From an uncultured Verrucomicrobiae bacterium (GTDB taxonomy: Bacteria; Verrucomicrobiota; Verrucomicrobiia; Limisphaerales; Palsa-1400), in the NCBI GenBank assembly GCA_963764165.1, contig CAVXRD010000003.1, positions 448,001 to 512,000 of the forward strand: DNA of 64,000 nt. Direction: 5' to 3'. The position numbers and the translations under genes were made by a program. Positions 60,778-64,000 of this stretch are shown here, one piece after another. The notes below the pieces were generated by a model that was not told the origin of the DNA, made no database searches, and saw only the letters and a list, made by a program, of their open reading frames with translations. The stretch's first letter is position 1. The number at the start of each line of letters is the position of its first letter.

Positions 60778-63700
60778 ATGAACGTCAAACCTCGTGCGGC
60801 CTTGCCATTATTTTGGATTGTCGCGGCATTTTTGCTGTCCTCCGCGTCGGCCTTATATTCGCAAGTGGCGCCTCCTTTTATTATTCAGCAGCCCCAAGGC
60901 GGCGCGGCTGCCCTTGGGACGAACTTTACTTTTACCGTGACCGCCACGGCGCTGCCAAGCGTTCAGTCAGGAACATTGCAACTTTGGCTTCGCGCCGACG
61001 CGGGAGTTGTCACAAACAGCGGTGGCCTGGTGACAGAATGGGATGATCAATCCGGAAACGGAAATAATGCATTCCAACAAAACTCGAATCAGCAGCCCAC
61101 TTGGGTATCGACCGTTGACGCCATCGATCGTCTGCCTGCTGTTCGGTTCAATGGAATCCAGGATGGCGTTCACGGCAGCTTCCTTTTTAGCCCGGACGCC
61201 GTCGCGGTGCCGAACGCCATGACCACGTTTTGCCTATACAATGCCTTTGTTACAACAAACAGCGAAAATCTCCTGTGGCTTATAGGCGAACCAGGCGTTG
61301 CAGGCGTTTACGGCGCCTGCCGATGCGATGACATACTGGACCAAGACATGCTTTTTTCGACATGGGGAACAGGATACCAAACCGGCTACTATGTCCCGAC
61401 CGAGAATTATCGAATATGGAGCGACCAGACTGACACAAATATGGATTCCCTTGAAATGTTCGACATCGCTTCAAATAGCGTCAATAGTTTTTCCTTCGAG
61501 CTGGGAAATACGTCTCCGACGTCCAGCGGATATTACGTTGGCGGCCTGAATGCGGGCGGAGGGTATGTCGGCAGCAGCCGCTGTTTTAATGGGGATATCG
61601 TCGAATTTCTTGTCTACAGCGGATCCCTCTCTGAAGGCGACAGCCAGGCCGTTCAGAATTATCTTAATCAAAAATACTTTCAAGGGACGCCGCCAGTAAC
61701 GTTTAGTTATCAATGGCAGCTTGATGGAACAAATTTGCCCGGCGCCACGGACTCGTCGTTGACCATCACTAACGTCAGTTCGAGTGACAACGGCACATAC
61801 GCGGTTATCGTGAGCGATGGCGCTGGATCGGTAACCAGTTCCAACGCCGTTCTGTTTGCGGGCGAAGCCGTCACAATTACGACTCAGCCACAGAACCAAC
61901 TAATTCAGATCGGGTCAAACGCGACATTCTCGGTTGTCGCAGCCGGAACTCCGCCTTTTTACTACCAGTGGTATTTTGATGGATCGGAGCTTATGGACGA
62001 GACGAATTCCACGCTCATCATATCCAATGTCCAGACGACAAATTTTGGAGATTATGCTGTGGATGTAAGCAACGGCGGAGGAACCATTGCTAGCTCCAAT
62101 GCAACGCTTGGGGCACTGGTTCCGGCGATAATTCTGGGCCAGCCCCAATCACAATCGGTCGTAGCCGGAAGCAATATAACGCTGGGGGTCTATCTCGAAC
62201 AAAGTGTGTCGGCGTTGCCCAATGTGGCTTCAGGTTCATTGGCGGTTTGGCTGCGAGCTGACTCCGGTGTGGTCACAAACGCCAGCGGCTTGGTCAGCGA
62301 ATGGACGGATTTTTCAGGCAACAACAATAACGTGTCGCAAGCAAATGCCCAATCGCAGCCAAGCTTGGTGTCCGTCCCCTCTCTGGGTGGAAATGCGTCA
62401 GCCGTTCGCTTTACCGGCATTCAGGACAATGTCAACGGGAGCTGGCTTTATGGTTCCGAGATCATCCCGGTTTCCAATGCCATGACAACATTCTGCCTGT
62501 ATAACGCATTCTCCACGACCAATTCAGAAAACCTTCTCTGGCTGATGGGCACGCCAGGCACGTTCGGGGCCAGCCGATGCGACGACATCGTCAGCGGCAG
62601 CATGCTTTTTTCCACTTGGGGCACTGCTTATGCGACGCCAATTGTGGTCCCGACAAACACATATCGAATCTGGACCGACCAACTTAGCTCGAACCTAACC
62701 ACGCTCAGTATCTTTGACGATTTCGCATTTCATGAGACTAACTTCACAGTGACTGCGACCGGCGCAAAAACGCCCGGCCATGGGTTTTACGTCGGCGGCC
62801 TAAATCCAGCCGCTTCGTCTGTCGTCAACAGTCGGTGTTTCAGTGGGGATATTGTTGAGTTTCTTTGCTTTAAAGGCGCTCTTTCCGAAGGCGACAGGGT
62901 TGGCGTTCTTAACTATCTTTATACAAAGTATTTTTATGCAGGCTCTCCAGGCGCAGTAACTTACCAGTGGAGGTTCGATGGCACTAATATCGCCGGAGCG
63001 ACAAACGCAACTTTGACGCTCACCAACGCCCAATCGGGACAGGCTGGTTCCTATTCGGTTGTCGTCACTGGAGCTGCCGGTGGGGCAGTCAGCTCGAATG
63101 CAATCGTAACAGTCAATTCCCCTCCAACAGTCTCCTTTTCACCGAGCAATCAAATTGCAACCATCAACACAAATCTCACTCTGACGCCGGTCGTAAGCGG
63201 CGCTCTTCCGATCAGCTTTCAGTGGCAGTTCGATGGAACCAATATCGCCAGGGCCACGAATGTGTCATTGACATTAACTAATCTTCAGACAACAAATTCT
63301 GGCACCTATTCCATCGTTGCCCGCAACGCTTACGGCACAAATACAGCGTCGATGACGCTTTTCGTTCAGGAGTCCGCAATCCAGGCGCAGAATGCCACCG
63401 GTGCAGGCGGCGAACCTTTGGTAATACATATCGCGTTGAATGCACTGGGAGATGAGGGATTATCGAGTTTCAGTGTTGATTTCAATCCGTCCGTTTTCAC
63501 TTACGTAAGTTCGGCTGCCGGAAGCGCTGCGACTGGCGGAGCGTTTGTCGTAAGCGCAAACAACGCATCGAACGGCTCCGTCGGTTTCCTCGTCGGCCCT
63601 CCAAACGGAACTTATCCGCCCGGTACGAACGACATTGTCGACATCACATTTCTCCTCGCGCCGTCGACAACCGTTTCAACCAACTCGATTACGTTTGGCG

Positions 63701-64000
63701 GTTCCCCTTATCCCGAGGGCCTGTTTGGAGAGCAAAGTCAATCACTGCCGGTGACTTTTGAGCCCGGAACCGTCATCATTACAGCGACTCCCTTCGAGGG
63801 AGACGTCTACCCGCTCCCCAACGGCGACGAGTCAGTCAATGTTCTTGATTGGATTGAAGAAGGCCGGCTGGCGGCGGGGCTGGATTCTGTTTCCAATGGG
63901 GTGGCGTTTCAAAAGGCGGATTGCGCGCCGCGAGCCACTTCTGGCGATGGTCAAATCACGGTGGCGGATTGGGTGCAGGTGGGGCGCTATGCGACCGGCC
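60778..64000 (+). CDS. large exported Ig/LamG-like protein with cohesin-like and dockerin-like modules (runs off the window)
   Basis: Hand translation: signal peptide MNVKPRAALPLFWIVAAFLL; two Ig domains with inserted ConA-like domain; plain Ig domains; FSVDFNPSVFTY cohesin-like region; GDVYPLPNGDESVNVLDW...ADCAP...GDGQITVADW. Confidence 0.82.
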   Translation, partial: MNVKPRAALPLFWIVAAFLLSSASALYSQVAPPFIIQQPQGGAAALGTNFTFTVTATALPSVQSGTLQLWLRADAGVVTNSGGLVTEWDDQSGNGNNAFQQNSNQQPTWVSTVDAIDRLPAVRFNGIQDGVHGSFLFSPDAVAVPNAMTTFCLYNAFVTTNSENLLWLIGEPGVAGVYGACRCDDILDQDMLFSTWGTGYQTGYYVPTENYRIWSDQTDTNMDSLEMFDIASNSVNSFSFELGNTSPTSSGYYVGGLNAGGGYVGSSRCFNGDIVEFLVYSGSLSEGDSQAVQNYLNQKYFQGTPPVTFSYQWQLDGTNLPGATDSSLTITNVSSSDNGTYAVIVSDGAGSVTSSNAVLFAGEAVTITTQPQNQLIQIGSNATFSVVAAGTPPFYYQWYFDGSELMDETNSTLIISNVQTTNFGDYAVDVSNGGGTIASSNATLGALVPAIILGQPQSQSVVAGSNITLGVYLEQSVSALPNVASGSLAVWLRADSGVVTNASGLVSEWTDFSGNNNNVSQANAQSQPSLVSVPSLGGNASAVRFTGIQDNVNGSWLYGSEIIPVSNAMTTFCLYNAFSTTNSENLLWLMGTPGTFGASRCDDIVSGSMLFSTWGTAYATPIVVPTNTYRIWTDQLSSNLTTLSIFDDFAFHETNFTVTATGAKTPGHGFYVGGLNPAASSVVNSRCFSGDIVEFLCFKGALSEGDRVGVLNYLYTKYFYAGSPGAVTYQWRFDGTNIAGATNATLTLTNAQSGQAGSYSVVVTGAAGGAVSSNAIVTVNSPPTVSFSPSNQIATINTNLTLTPVVSGALPISFQWQFDGTNIARATNVSLTLTNLQTTNSGTYSIVARNAYGTNTASMTLFVQESAIQAQNATGAGGEPLVIHIALNALGDEGLSSFSVDFNPSVFTYVSSAAGSAATGGAFVVSANNASNGSVGFLVGPPNGTYPPGTNDIVDITFLLAPSTTVSTNSITFGGSPYPEGLFGEQSQSLPVTFEPGTVIITATPFEGDVYPLPNGDESVNVLDWIEEGRLAAGLDSVSNGVAFQKADCAPRATSGDGQITVADWVQVGRYATG

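Overview
GC-rich bacterial chromosome segment, most likely from a Verrucomicrobiota of the Pedosphaera/Limisphaera type (inferred from protein families, not from a marker gene). Left to right: an MdtABC-type RND efflux operon and a receiver-only response regulator; a divergent BrnT/CopG-like toxin-antitoxin pair heading a five-gene GspG-H-I-J-K-like (Verru_Chthon-cassette-like) pseudopilin operon with a 1375-aa K-like subunit; a ~3110-aa multidomain subtilase; a coiled-coil/TPR protein; housekeeping and signalling genes (trmB, OYE reductase, polyprenyl synthase, ECF sigma/anti-sigma, GAF histidine kinase, an active plus dead HtrA-like pair); a CDP-dideoxyhexose/branched-sugar plus NeuB cluster; and several Ig/LamG/cohesin-dockerin surface proteins. 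The most interesting signals are: (1) the pseudopilin cassette next to a giant barrel-less protease; (2) a ~70-aa C-terminal domain shared by four unrelated exported proteins, a candidate sorting signal; (3) Thr-Asn dipeptide enrichment in several exported but not cytoplasmic proteins; (4) nested REP-like palindromes, one inside a prepilin leader; (5) several pseudo-enzymes. Three single-base frameshifts are probably sequencing errors, and one of them creates a false 973-aa fusion. No rRNA, tRNA, CRISPR array or transposase was seen.
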